Part shown: piece after piece, positions 46,143 to 59,954 of the stretch
Layout: every line of letters starts with the position of its first letter
Position numbering within the stretch: position 1 is the first letter of the stretch
NCBI GenBank assembly: GCA_020137815.1
Contig: CM035354.1
Coordinates: 868,001 to 932,000, forward strand
Source: Hormiphora californensis
Taxonomy: Eukaryota; Animalia; Ctenophora
DNA: 64,000 nucleotides
Direction: 5' to 3'
Position numbers and translations under genes: made by a program
The notes under the pieces: generated by a model
Told to the model about the DNA's origin: nothing
The model's input: only the letters and a program-made list of their open reading frames with translations
Database searches by the model: none

Positions 46143-49100
46143 TTAAGGTAGAGAAGGCAGCAATTCCACATAATTACTGGGCATCATGCCAGTCAGACCC
46201 GTCCTTGTATTTGTACCGACCATCCACCCCTCCGCAATGATCTGCCCTTGTGCCACGACGTCCCCCTCCTTAATGGTAACCTCATCAACATCAGCAGCAT
46301 CATAGTCGTACATCGCAACGTACTGAAAACAGGAGGTGTTAGTCGAGGGAATACTGAGAGGTGTTACTGGGGGTGTTAGAGAGAATGGAGTGGGGTGTTA
46401 GTGGGGGTGGGGGTGTTAGATAATAGTCGTATATCGCAACGTACTGAAAACACAGAGAGAAATCATAGGGTACTTACTACTACTACAAGAAGTTCTATAT
46501 ATAGGGTTGGAATGTTGGAGGGGGGGACTGGAGCTGGGCAGTTAATAGAGCGAGTAATCATTTGGAGAGGAAATAATATGCGATCCGTTTCTAGGGAAAA
46601 GAGGCCTCCTTGGGGGGTGGGGATAACCAGCATTGTAATGAATATGATATCGAATGAGAGAAAGAGAAACAGCCTGGGAGAGGGTTGCTGAGAATTAGAC
46701 AGAATAATATTAACGCTAGAGAGATATATGGGAACCTACAATTACAGGGTGTTAAGGTGTGGCACAGCGCTGTAGAGATGGGATTTGGGAAACAGATTCT
46801 CCTCTCTAAAGAATCCCTCTAAAATAACTGTAAAACATGACTCGGAACATAATATAGACATAACAACAGACAACAGACAATAAACATAACAACAAACAGA
46901 CAAGATAACAGACAAGATAAAATTGAATGGGGTGAGCAACTAAAAGCGCTTGTGGCGGGTTGAGTAAGCTGTAAGGGGTTACTCAACAACTTGTGGCTGG
47001 CCGGCAAGTTTGGCGAAGGGCCAGCTGTAAATGCAGCTGAGGTGTACACTTACTCATTCTTCCGCCGGGGGATTATCCGCCTATTTAATTACTTAATTAG
47101 TCAAATAATTAACGTATAGAGTGTCATGGTTATATGGACAATAATTAGTTAATTAATTTGCTATCCCTACTTACATTAGCATCCCCATTTGTAGCAGCAG
47201 GAGTCTCCTCCGCAGCTGGTTCATCTGCCTCGGGCTCAGTAGTAGGGACTGGTTCAGGGGCGGGGTCCTCAGCGGCAGGTTCAACTGGTGGAGCATCTTC
47301 CTCCGGGGCAGGGGGAGCAGGGGGCAGTTCATCAGCTCCATCCTCCTCCTGAGAGGGGGGGGGGGTAGTTAGGGAGCTGGGATATAGTTAGGGAGACTGG
47401 AAAGGGGGGGGGGGGTAATTGAAGGAGAGTTGAATTAAAAGGGGGAGAGTTGAAGGAGATGTGAGGACAGCAATGAGCAAATGGATATATTTGGTAGCGC
47501 ATTTGAGCAAGCTAATTCTTGTAATTTTATGATATATGGTAGACAAAGTGTATTTGAATGAGAGGGGGAGGTATTAGCACTGATTATATCTTTAGTTTGC
47601 TACTTCAATGAGAGAGGTATATTAGCACTGATTTAGTTTGCTACTAGCATGTTTTACCAATGGCGGCATTTGGGATGGATCCTGAAAACCTCGTGCTAAC
47701 TGCTGCACCTAATATTTAGTGTTTAGTAGTGTTTAGGTTTAGGCACCTAATGTTTAGTGTTTAGGTGGGTGCGGTATATCTGTATCAATCTCAAAGGGGG
47801 GTTGAGCGGTAAAGGAATCACATCACATTCCTGGCACTCCCGTGCTCGGAGCACACAGCAGTATAGGAGACGAGCTTTACCCCTCAACCACCCTTTGATA
47901 TACATGTATATCTTATTTTATAGCCGGATTAAAAAGTTGCTATAAACACCTCAGCTCATACTAAACACAGTTTGCCCCTCTCTCCCTACCTTTGAAAGTG
48001 GTTTGTCTCCTTCATCAGTAGGTGCAGGGGGCTGCACAACCTCCTCTTCAGCTTCCTCTACAGGGGGTTCTGGGGCTGCAGGTTCAGGTTCAGGTATGAC
48101 AGGTTCTGGTGCCTGTACTGGTTCTTCTTGTTGTACTGGCTGCACTTCCTCAGCTGGCCCTTCTCCTAGGAAAGGGGGAGTTTGAGTTGAACCTGTCTCA
48201 CCGGATTAGAAAAATGTGTGAGATAGTGAGTCTAGTACTGAGTTGTAGCTCGTATTATAGCGGTAAATTAATTAATTAATTAATTAACTAACTAATTAGG
48301 ACCAGTTTAAACTGTAGTATTAATTTGGAGCAGGTGGTTCAGCTATTATAGCACCAGCTACTCATTCGTAAGGCGTGGTTTCACATTGAAAAATAGCTAA
48401 GATTAAGACAATTGTATGAATATCTCTACAGCTACTCAGGAACGTCACAAATGATAGATTGAAAATGAATATTGAGCAGTGAACAGATGCAGGGGTGTGG
48501 TGAATTTAACTAGCTGGGTAGCAGATCTCTCACCGTTAACTGTCTCTCCATTACTATCAGTAAAATATCCTACACAAATAATTAGGATACATTTGACTTC
48601 CTTATTGGTGAAATATCGTCCCGCGAAATGAAGGGACGCGAACATTTGATTACAACCGCTCAGTGCGCGCGGTGTTATCTGTTAGAAGTGCACCGCGCGT
48701 TACCACTTACCCGGGGATGAAAAGTAGGGTCGAGCGAGGGGAGTCGAGGCCGGGTTCGTCCTATCTTTTCCGTGATACTTGATCTGTGACACCTGATCTT
48801 GAGTCTTCCTGGCTCTCACACTATCCGGATCATCAGTCACACTCATCTTAGTGCCCTTTACAGAGGTATGATAGTCCTTGTGATACGTGATCTGAGGGTC
48901 GGAGAGAGGTTAGACTTAGGTTAGACTTAGGTTAGACTTAGAGATGTGTCGAGACCGGCAATGATTAGAGCTCAACACAGGAAAGTTTAGTCCGGAATCA
49001 CATAGTGCTGAATTTAAAGGTTGGCTGCACGGCATATAATTGACAGGGGAAGGGGGAACCTAATTTGGCACCAAAAAGGGACTTACCAAACTGATATTTT

Positions 49101-49964
49101 TGGTTTGCTGCTGAAGTCTCAAGTTCTCTGGTGTATCAGCTACTTGTGTATGCTTCTGGGATGGGTAATGCCTGAAAAAGGGAAATTATAAAATTAGAAC
49201 TCTCTCCCCTGGCCTTATCACTTATCACACAGACCCGGCCCTGTCACACAACTTATCGCGTCACACCGCTTAGTGGGCATGACGCGATAAGAGGGAGAGC
49301 TGTTACAATGCTCTTAGCAGAGGGATTGTAAAGCATGTACACTTGTTCTAAAAGGGGTCTCAGACAGCCCAAAGTTATCGAGATGAATACATTCTTTGAG
49401 GATTGAATCTTGGTACAATTCTGAATTGCCGCGACAAACAAGATTTTAGAACCTTAAAATATCCCCCTCCCCCGGCCCTTCCGGGTCTATTTTAATTTTG
49501 GGTACGTGGTGCAACGTGTAAAACACTGCTGCTGCTGCAGAGGGGGTGAGAGTAATGAGTGGTGCAACTAAAACAATGGGACACAGAAAATGATCATCCC
49601 TTTTCTTGTTTCTCTCAGCAGCGATCGGAGTATTATACACCCAGAGAGGTGTAGAGGGGGGACGTGAGGAAGAAATCGAGATCGGGGTATTATACACCCA
49701 GAGAGGTGTTATGTAGAGGAGGGACGTGAAGAAGAAATCGAGAGCGAAAAATGGGTCATTTGGAGAGCAGGGGTGCAGAGAGACAGAAAGACGTAAAGAT
49801 TAAAGACAGAAAGACGTAAAGATTAAAATAGAGTGAGAGTGAGAGAGAGATGGTCTTTCTCCCATTCTCAGAGACCCCGGAAACGATTTGGACTCCAACT
49901 TATCGTTCGTCTGTCGATCATGATAGGCGATAGGGACAAAGGAAGAGGGTTAAAAAGAGAGTTT

Positions 49965-50062
<98 letters not shown>

Positions 50063-51045
50063 AAAGTAACTGTGTCCTAGAATCGTTAGCCATCCCCCAC
50101 TTGACACCGGGCATTGTGGAAAATAAAACAGAGAACACATTGTCTGGCATATTATACATTTGCGATCTCAAGTTCTCATTTTCACTCTTTGACTGTTCTC
50201 ACTCTTTCACACTCTTTCACTCTCTCTCTCTCCCTCTTTCTCTTTCTCTTTCTCGCTCTTTTTCTCTCTCTCAAAAGGAAGTGGCTTTGGTTGGCGAGCA
50301 AAAACGCTCCGGTTCATAGGCCAACCGACAGCAATCAAATTATGTACACATCACTAAGTGGAAATGTCACATTTTTGGAAGTGAGTGCTGAGTTCTAAGA
50401 AATTAAAAATCAACACTTTATTTATGAGAAAAGGGATCACTGCAAATGAAAAGATTTGCGACAACTGTGATCTGATTTAAGTGAAAATGAGAAGCTCAGT
50501 GCTAAATGCTAAGGGACCAAGTTACCAATTTGCCAAGCTAGACTGCCATTCGCGTGCCCCGCACGCGAATGACATTTGACCTTTTTTTATAAAATAAAAT
50601 AAAATAAAAAAGGGGTTGAACAAAACTAGTTACCAATATGCATGAAATCCTATTAATAAAGATTTTGGCCATGTGCCCAACTCACGTGTTGCAATAAGGT
50701 ATCTTGTTGAATCCTTTGTAACTTTTCAATGTTAGTGTACAACTGCAGGTCTCACACTTGAAACATCCCTTGTGCCAATTCTAAAATGTGATAGGGTTAC
50801 AAGGGGCTACATAAATCATACCTTTCACTGCTTGATTAGGCATTAGGATCGCGGAATAAATTATAGAACACATTATAGCTTTCAAATATTTCAGTTTAAA
50901 ATTGCTGAAATCCACACCACTAAGTACTGCAGCAGCAAGGTCAGGGGCACATGTAGTCCAGGACGTGTGTAGTTACCTTATCTAGAACGTTGAGCTTCTC
51001 TACCGGGTAGACGGTCTTGCTGCATTTCGCACACGCCGGATTCAT
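46143..51045 (-). CDS. LASP1: LIM and SH3 domain protein (LASP family: LIM, nebulin repeats, Pro/Glu linker, SH3)
   Basis: Exons 51045-50977 ([23 protein letters not shown]), 50780-50686 ([12 protein letters not shown]...PYCN), 49171-49087 (HYP...[10 protein letters not shown]), 48891-48711, optional 48569-48534, 48165-47990, 47348-47175 and 46322-46143 ([21 protein letters not shown]...GWMVG...GMMPSNYVE). Confidence 0.9.
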
Positions 51046-51093
51046 TGCTAAATAGATGTTTAGTTATACAACGGATGGTTTTATAGTGGAAAC

Positions 51094-51180
51094 AATGTAA
51101 GGAGTGTGGGATCATCTCAGTGATAAGAATGTAAGGAGTGTGGGATCATCTCAGTGATAAGAATGTAAGGAGTGTGGGAT
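51094..51180. repeat. ~34-bp tandem repeat (~2.6 copies) just upstream of the LASP start codon
   Basis: aatgtaaggagtgtgggatcatctcagtgataag repeated. Confidence 0.85.
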
Positions 51181-51563
51181 GTTTAGTCATGCTCTCAAAA
51201 TGTGTGAATATAATTTACAGGGATCTCCCTTCATTTCCGCCCGAATTTACTATATCTGACGAGATGTACATAAATTAGTGACGCACAACAGGCGAAGTTG
51301 TTGCACTGAGAAAACGGTCAATGATATACAACTAAACTAAACACAATTGGGAGAAATAACAAAACAACACTACAGATCAAATGAGGATATTATTACAAAG
51401 ATATATGGGTTTATGGATGACGCAACTTGCCTAATATCAACTACAACAAGTATTCAGATGACGAGATTCTTTAAAGCCGCTCCCAAAGTAGCAGTACAGT
51501 GCCGAGTTGTGATGTAATAGAGGTGATGAGCAGAATAGGAACGATTCGATAGCGACAGAGAGA

Positions 51564-51629
<66 letters not shown>

Positions 51630-51745
51630 AGAGAAAAAGAAGGAGTAGAGATATTAGAGGGAGAAAGATAGATAAATAATTCATGGAATAATAAATGAGC
51701 CTGAGAAAAGGGAATCGTGTTTTAGGAAGACCTGTGTAACATAAA

Positions 51746-51799
<54 letters not shown>

Positions 51800-53210
51800 A
51801 TAAGTCCGGTGGAGAACGCTTCTAGGATTACAAATCATATTTTCGAGACACTCTTCGAGAAAGATAGGGAAATAAATATGGAGAGAGAGTGAGGTTATCT
51901 CTACAATGGCTAGACGCCATTTACATGGTTCATGAGACGGTTCACGGTAACATGATCGCCACTCAGTTCACGTCATCTGGGATATTTTACCCCTTCGTCA
52001 TCCCAGTCACGCACATAGGTGTATCTATCTATCTCTCTCGCTATAATTGTCACTCTGTCAAATTGACAGTTTCGATTATAGGAGCAATCCGGATCGCACC
52101 CTTGTCCAGCCAGATAGAGGTGTTGGTTTCTCCTAGTCTTGGACTAGCTCTCTTGACAGTACTAACAAGACAATCTACAAACCGAGAACGAGTGCTTGAG
52201 GAGTGAGAACTGACCCCGTCGACGACAGACACTATGACCGATTTTCAGTCCCTCGGGGCGTGCTCTTATTACCCTTTCTATTGCATCCCCTGCATGTTTA
52301 AATCTTGACACTGTGCGAAGGACAGAGTCTCGCTAGATTTATACTTTTTTAGGCTTCACGTGCTTCCTACACACGTATCCGTGTCGGTCAACTCAGACTG
52401 TCTGTCTGATGTGATCGTGATCACTGGTCGGCATCCCGTCCTACTCCCCAGGATGTAGGGATCTAGAACCAGCCAAAATCCCTTCCATAGTTCTGCCCCT
52501 CTTCCCGATCTCACACTGAAAACTTACACTTTTCAAAATCCCTTTATATCTGAAGTGTTGACAATATGGTGGTACTGAGCACCTGCGTCTCCTTCGGGTC
52601 TTTCATATAAATATTATAATAACACGGTGCCGACAGTAGCTGGCTGCTTAGTGGCTATACCGTAATCCTCCCAAACCAAACCAAACCAAACCAGAGAGAG
52701 ATAAAGTATAACGATAGTGAGAAATAGAGATGGCACGCGAAATCGTAACAACTTTGTGAGCCTTGAAGTCAACTTCTACAATCTCCGGAGTCCAGAGTGC
52801 AAGATATATCCCATGGATAGAGAAATAGCCACGTGGATGTGGAAAAAAAGTAAAATAGAGTAATTCATTACTTCATAATTCATTGATCTGTTAGATGTAT
52901 GTCCCTAATTTGGTTACAGATAACACAGTATACAGTATACACAGTATACATTGTATACACAGTATACACTATACAGCCCACAGTACAGCAGGTATACCTT
53001 GCCTTCAGAAGGGTGCAACATACAGCAGACAGTCTATAATGATGATAATGTACATGTAGACCCGGCTAGAGGCCAGAGGGACCTTCATAACCATGGGTTA
53101 GGAAAAGAAGAGCTAGCAAAGCTAAAGATAGAAGATGTTAGAGATAACAGAGGGAGAGAGAGCTGAGAGAGAGAGAGCTAGAGCTGAGTGAGAGAGAGAG
53201 CTGAGAGAGA

Positions 53211-53276
<66 letters not shown>

Positions 53277-54062
53277 GAGAGAGAGAGGGAGAGAGAGAGA
53301 GAGAGAGAGAGATAGAGACAGTGATAGAGAGATAGAGACAGAGGGTGTGTGTAATAATGGGTGCTTGACACTGCACGCACACACGATCCTGGCTCTCCCT
53401 CCCCTCTACATCGTACCCATGACCTTCGCTCTCCCTCCACTACTCCCTTTTCTCTCTCTCTCTCTCTCTCCTTCCCTTTTTATATATCTCTCTCTCTATC
53501 TAAGTGCACATGTTTAATGATGGCCAGAAGGCTCTCTCTTCATTTCCAGCTCCCGACCCAGGATCCAGAGATAGTACGACATTAATATACATTTTGGAGA
53601 CTGATCGGTCTACCATTATTATAAAGCAGTATCTTACTACCAAATCTCCGAGATAGAGTAGAGTAGGATACTGAGCATACCGAAAGGCAATTGTCACCAT
53701 AGGAGTCCTAAGGTAAGTAGCATTTTCATTTCTCGTGATTCTTTGCATTAAAATTGAGACATGGCTGGTAAGATAGATTTAATGAAAGGCTCGGAGCAAA
53801 CAAAGAGACTCGATTCTTCTTCTCTAGTGGAGGGATGTTAATACCAAATAAGGAGCGAACGATCCATCTCAAACATCCATGTCTGAATCCCATCAGAGAA
53901 TGGCATATTATATTGACTTGTAGGGCTGTAAAAAGGAAGAAATTAAAAGAATATAAGACACACCCTGAAAGAGTGGAATTACAATCACTCCCCTCATGAT
54001 GACAAGCCAAACATATTATATTCAAAGAAATCATACGGATAGTAGGAATGGAGAGAATGAAT

Positions 54063-54130
<68 letters not shown>

Positions 54131-54313
54131 AAGAGTAATGGATAGTCATTCCATGAATTTGTCTAATTCACAGTAACACATGCTCATTTGACAATTCAGT
54201 ATACATGCAGATAGTTCATAGTAGGTCGGTCACAGCTGATGGTATAACATGAGAGAGGGTACAGACTATAACTACTGCACGATGAACGAGAGTCAATACT
54301 GTAACTGATTAAT

Positions 54314-54407
<94 letters not shown>

Positions 54408-54456
54408 TAAAGAGGGATAGATAGAGAGAGATAGATAGAGAGGGATAGATAGAGAA

Positions 54457-54490
<34 letters not shown>

Positions 54491-55437
54491 GTAGAGAAAG
54501 TGATAAATATTGGTTTGACGAGATGCAGCCCTCTACTATAACTACAAATTGCCCCCAGTTAGGTCATGAAGTGAGCTAAACTGATAACTGTGACAGAAAG
54601 CACTGTTCAAGAAACAAGGAATGTTCGGGTTGAGGTGAGTAAGAAAATTGTAGGCTTCCCCTTGTTACACGCTCAAATTCTTCCCTTCCTTATGTATCAC
54701 TAACATATGCCAGGAGAGAGAGAAAATATATGTGGATATTTTAAACGTCCCGTGACAGCCTGCTACTACTCATAGTACGGGATGGAGAGAATATTATAAC
54801 GAGAATTAGTTAATAATGTTAGCACTTTATTTGGTATTTAAATTATCAAGGAAGAGCTGGATTGATAAAATAATTAATGAGATCTGGATTGATAAATATG
54901 AGATCTGTTTAGTGCTAGAGTGTGATGAGTAGGGATTAGGGAACCTTGAGCTGTCCACTGATAGAAAGAACATTGGTAATGAAAATACTCCCCCAAGAAA
55001 GCGCCCCAGTGGGCACGAGCTCTCGGAATACAACAAAAATGGATGACTTCGTAACGAAGAAAGAAAGGGGAGTGAGAGCAAGAGTGAGAGCAAGACCGGT
55101 AGAGAGAGTTCAAAAGAAAAACGGGCGAGAGGAAAAGAGTCTTCTATAGAGGTCAGTGCTCCAGTGACATACGGAGATAGGGTGAGTAGAAGATAGAGAG
55201 AGAGAAAGATAGAGAACTAGAGAAAGATAGACAGAGAGAGAGAGAGAGAACAGAGAAATAGAGAAAGATAGAAAGATAGAGTAATTAGGGGGACGAAGGT
55301 TGTATGTTTGGATGGCTCATGATTATTCACAGTGCTCAGTACAGCTGTTAAACAGAAGCACGAAGGGCGGCGGCAATCTTTGTTAGAGAGATATAGTGTT
55401 GGGAAAGACAGGTTTAGTAAGGTGATAAGCCAGGAAC

Positions 55438-56383
55438 ACCACAAAAAAATTTGTTACAAAGGAATTCCACCTCAAATGTACTCCTAAGGGTCCCCTCTAT
55501 CGATTCCAACCAATGCTCATATTTGCTCAGGGGTGCTAAGGCCTCATTTCCGGGTGGGCGTGGTACCTGTATTTTCAGCCTGAGGCCAAAACCATAAGTA
55601 CCCTTAAAATAGGAGTAGAGATAAAATCGAGGGCACTAGAGTGATCAGCGTCCTCGCATTAGTGGGGGTAGGTGCCGGAATTAAGTCTCTATCTCAACTG
55701 GTTAATGAGATAATTGGATAATTAGGTTTGCGCACAACCGTTTTTTGGCTATATGGCTATAGCCACTTAGGAATGGTTTAGAGACTTATCATTGGTGCCA
55801 TTTTGTAGGCAAAACGAAGTTATGGGGGGTCGACGTCGGACTTTTAAGCTCTATCTTCAACCGTTTAGCCGTTATTTGGCTTTTAAGATTCTCCAAATGA
55901 GCAAAATACGGTAAAAACCCTGATTTTTAACACCGTTAAAGCCAAATAACGGCTAAACGGTTGAAGATAGAGCTTAAAAGTCCGACGTCGACCCCCCATA
56001 ACTTCGTTTTGCCTACAAAATGGCACCAATGAAAAGTCTCTAAACCATTCCTAAGTGGCTATAGCCATATAGCCAAAAAACGGTTATGCGCAAACCTAAT
56101 TATCCAATTATCTAATTAACCAGTTGAGATAGAGACTTAATTCCGGCACCTACCCCCACTAATGCGAGGACGCTGATCACTCTAGTGCCCTCGATTTTAT
56201 CTCTACTCCTATTTTAAGGGTACTTATGGTTTTGGCCTCAGGCTGAAAATACAGGTACCACGCCCACCCGGAAATGAGGCCTTAGCACCCCTGAGCAAAT
56301 ATGAGCATTGGTTGGAATCGATAGAGGGGACCCTTAGGAGTACATTTGAGGTGGAATTCCTTTGTAACAAATTTTTTTGTGGT
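55438..56383. mobile_element. Large near-perfect palindrome (foldback/MITE-like), termini unresolved
   Basis: Inverted arms ~55438-55884 and ~55936-56383 with few mismatches and a ~50-bp spacer. No TSD recognised, so it is probably truncated. Confidence 0.75.
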
Positions 56384-56500
56384 TGAGGCTAAAATTTTCG
56401 TTAAATCACCTTATTAGTTGAGTAAGAGATACAAAACGGTTCCCTAACGGGAGAAAAACTGGGTAAAGAACCTTGGGGCTTGGGGTGAGGGAGAGAGAGA

Positions 56501-56577
<77 letters not shown>

Positions 56578-56617
56578 TGAGAGAGAGAGGGAGAAAGAGA
56601 GAGAGAAAGATAAAGAA

Positions 56618-56667
<50 letters not shown>

Positions 56668-56834
56668 GTTGGTTGGTTGGTTAAAATATGATGGTGGACG
56701 AACAGCAATGTAAGTCAAATAAATGATAAACAAACTGGGTCCCGCCCCGTGCGAAGAGATCAAAAATATGATAGTAAAAACATTTAAAGCATAAAAAGGA
56801 TCTCCACAAGCTTGTGGGGCAAATTTAAATGAGT

Positions 56835-57017
56835 TCAGATGCTTTCAATCACACCTTTCCTTAAAGCATACTTTCTCTCAGGGTGCGCCTGTCTCAGTTC
56901 ATTTAGAGTCTTCACCGCCTTTCTCCTCTCAACTCTCTCTTCATAACTAAGATCAGGTTTAAGATACACACTCTTATAGTTCTCACTATTTCTCAGGACA
57001 CTTGCCTTTCTCAACAA
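56835..57017 (-). pseudogene. Relic of a non-LTR retrotransposon ORF1 C-terminus
   Basis: LRKASVLRNSENYKSVYLKPDLSYEERVERRKAVKTLNELR...YALRKGVI resembles the V[FY]I.PD.T.EER..RR.L...L tail of CR1/L2-group ORF1 proteins. Confidence 0.55.
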
Positions 57018-57021
57018 AACA

Positions 57022-57090
<69 letters not shown>

Positions 57091-57440
57091 GGAGAAAGAG
57101 AGAGAGTGAGAGTGAGAGAGAGAGAGAGAAAGAGAGAGAAAGATAGAGAACGTCAAGTTACCACCCATTCAGATACAATCCACAGTAGTAGCCAGCAGCA
57201 CGTGTTCAAAGAGTGATAACTGGCGAACTCTAGCGACGAGATATAACGAACATTTATGCCGTGTGTCGTACGGGGGATAGAGAACTCAACAGAGAAGGCA
57301 GCTGAGAAAGAGGGGAGTGAGAGCTGCACATTAGCAGGAGAGATCTACCAATATATAGTAACCATGTTAGATCATTGGAGGGTGTTTGCACGAGTATAGA
57401 CAGGGAATATATAGCACGGTGCTATTATACTCCCTATCTA

Positions 57441-58544
57441 CCGCCTGGGCCAAAAAAAACGTGGGGTACGCCGAGCCTCATATCTCCCAAATCGTAACTT
57501 CTATCACTCTGATATTTTGACACAATTTTTGTATACCTACTCATTCGAGGAATCCGGAGTTTCAATTCCTAAAACTTCAAAATTCATTAATGAACTCAAT
57601 TTTTCAATTTTCGGGTTTTTCGAGGTTTTCTCTTGTTTATATTCAATTTTATTCTTAAAATGACCGCTATGCAATAGAACAACTAACAACAAATGGCAAT
57701 CTGCATTTTTATTAAAATTGAATCAAGTTTAGTGGGTGAAATAAACAATATAAAACTGTTCATTTTTACCGAAAATCGATTTTGACCCGTTTTGACGAGA
57801 AATCGGTAATTTCAGGCGCTAAAAATTGGTAAGGCCATTGCACTTGATCAATGTTGATATAAGCCGGAATTTTAGCTCTCTATCTCAAAGTTCATTTTTC
57901 CGACTGGAATGAATCCTGAATGAACTTGAAAACAGGAATGCTTTTTCAACCCGGAATTTCACAGTCGTCTTTGGGTATCGATTTCCTTTCAAACGCGACT
58001 AATTTTAGCTCAATTGGCCCACCACAAGAGACACAGTGGCTAGTTTTCTAACCCTAGGTCTGGTCATGTGACCCCCATTGAGACGCTAGTGTCATTACGA
58101 AGTGCCAATAAGCAGGTGTAACGGTCGAGTATCACGTATCACATCTGCTAATGAGGACGGTGTACCGATACAGCGTCCGTTAGAATGTAAGTTCTCTTGC
58201 TAACACGTCAAAATTTGATGGGGATCACATGACCCAACCTAGGCCTGGTAAACTGGTCACTGTGATTCTTGTGGTGATCCAATTAAGCTCAAACTGGTCG
58301 CGTTCGAAAGAAAATCGATAGCCAAACAAATTTGTGAAACTTTGGTACCGAAATATGGTCCCATTTTGATGTTCATTCAATGTTCATTCGGGCGAAAAAA
58401 ATGAACTTTTATCTAGAGGGCTGAAACTCCGGATTCCTCGAATGAGTACCCATACAAATATTGTGTCAAAATATCAGAGTGATGGAAGTTAAGATTTGGG
58501 AGATATGAGGCTCGGCGTACCCCACGTTTTTTTGGCCCAGGCGG
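57441..58544. mobile_element. MITE with TA TSD (Tc1/mariner-pogo type)
   Basis: TA|CCGCCTGGGCCAAAA...TTTTGGCCCAGGCGG|TA with ~120-bp near-identical TIRs, plus diverged internal inverted arms (~57865-58080 vs ~58215-58430). Confidence 0.82.
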
Positions 58545-59954
58545 TATTAGCACCCACGTGAGATACGAAGTGGCAGTATACATAGCAATAGTTTCAGCAT
58601 CCAGCTTAAGTTATTTTGTAGGGTAATGGATGGAAAAATTAACCCGTCTTAATCTATTTATAATTCTCGCTATTTTTTTCTCCCTTTTCTTTTCTCTCTT
58701 TCTCTCTCCGCCATTGAATTAAACTACGACATCTTGCTAGAAGTAACTCCTGTAAGCGGAAAAACTTACAGTTCTAAAAGCGAGAGAGATGGGAGAGAAG
58801 GAGGGAGAGAGCGAGAGAGAGAGAGAGAAGAGAGAGGAGGGAGGAGCGAGAGAGAGAGATGGGAGAGAGAAGAGGGAAGGAGGGAGAGAGTGAGAGAGAT
58901 AGAAAGGAATAACGCTTAGGGAGCTGGAGTGGGTTCAATCTGTTATGAAGGAAACCGGAACAATTTATAACGACCTGAGCAAAACTGCAGTTTTCTCTGA
59001 TGCTCTTATTATCTTATCCATGAATGGCCATGGTATGGGGCCTTACCTCGAATAAAATGTTAGGATAAAAGTTTGAAAGGTTCACATTACAGAATGTCGT
59101 AGAGAATATGTTTTGTCGTCATAGAACAAAGCATCCAACTTGTATTGTTCAAGCCTGCAGCTCGCGAAAAGAGGGTCGAGCAAGGCAAGAATCCAACGCC
59201 AATGATAGGTCTTTAGGCTTTGTATAGCCTGGTTTGGTCGACAGAGTCCTTAGCTTTACTGGCAGACCGATCTTAGTTACCTTGATCAACCCTGTTTCAG
59301 GGTTTGGAGTTTGAAAAAATATTACCTTAATAGATTAGCTTACATTTGGTTGAATTTTTCATACTTTATTTTTGTTCTAAAAACAGTGTCAAGCGACTCA
59401 AAAAAACAGTGTCAAGCGACTCAAACATTTGGTTGATTCAAATCATGGTCTACAGTACGACGGTCGTGTTGGTCGGTTTGCTGCCGGCTATTGGACTACC
59501 GCGGTATCTTAGCAAAACTGGGGCGATCGTACCGATCGCAAATCGAGGGACCTGTTTCTATCTTTTTCTCTCTGACTGTCTCTCCCTTTTATGTATGTGA
59601 TGTGACCCCTCAAGTTCTCAAGCAGTTCTCAAGCACTTGTGATACGTGATACCTACGAATCACGTCGTCTAACTGACGGATCACGTCGTCACACTGACGG
59701 ATCACATCGTCACACTTATAGGGTGTCACATTTCCGTTCAGATTTGCATTAGATATAGTTAGATTAGATTGCACCTCGTGATGCAACTGTCAAGACCCAA
59801 CAGAACTCGGCTGGAATTAAACAGGAGTGAGTGGTGGGCATGTGTTCCGCAACTACAGCAGGGGCGGTGCACGGCTTTCAGTCAAGACAGCCAGTGTGAC
59901 CTCTCTTGCACATCCAGAGATCTCCCGAAGACGTCCCACACGGTGAACCTCGAC

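Noticed and set aside
51889-55150. Short ORFs and isolated splice-like signals (e.g. donor at ~53712)
   Set aside because: No consistent exon chain or recognisable protein; possibly non-coding exons, but unsupported.
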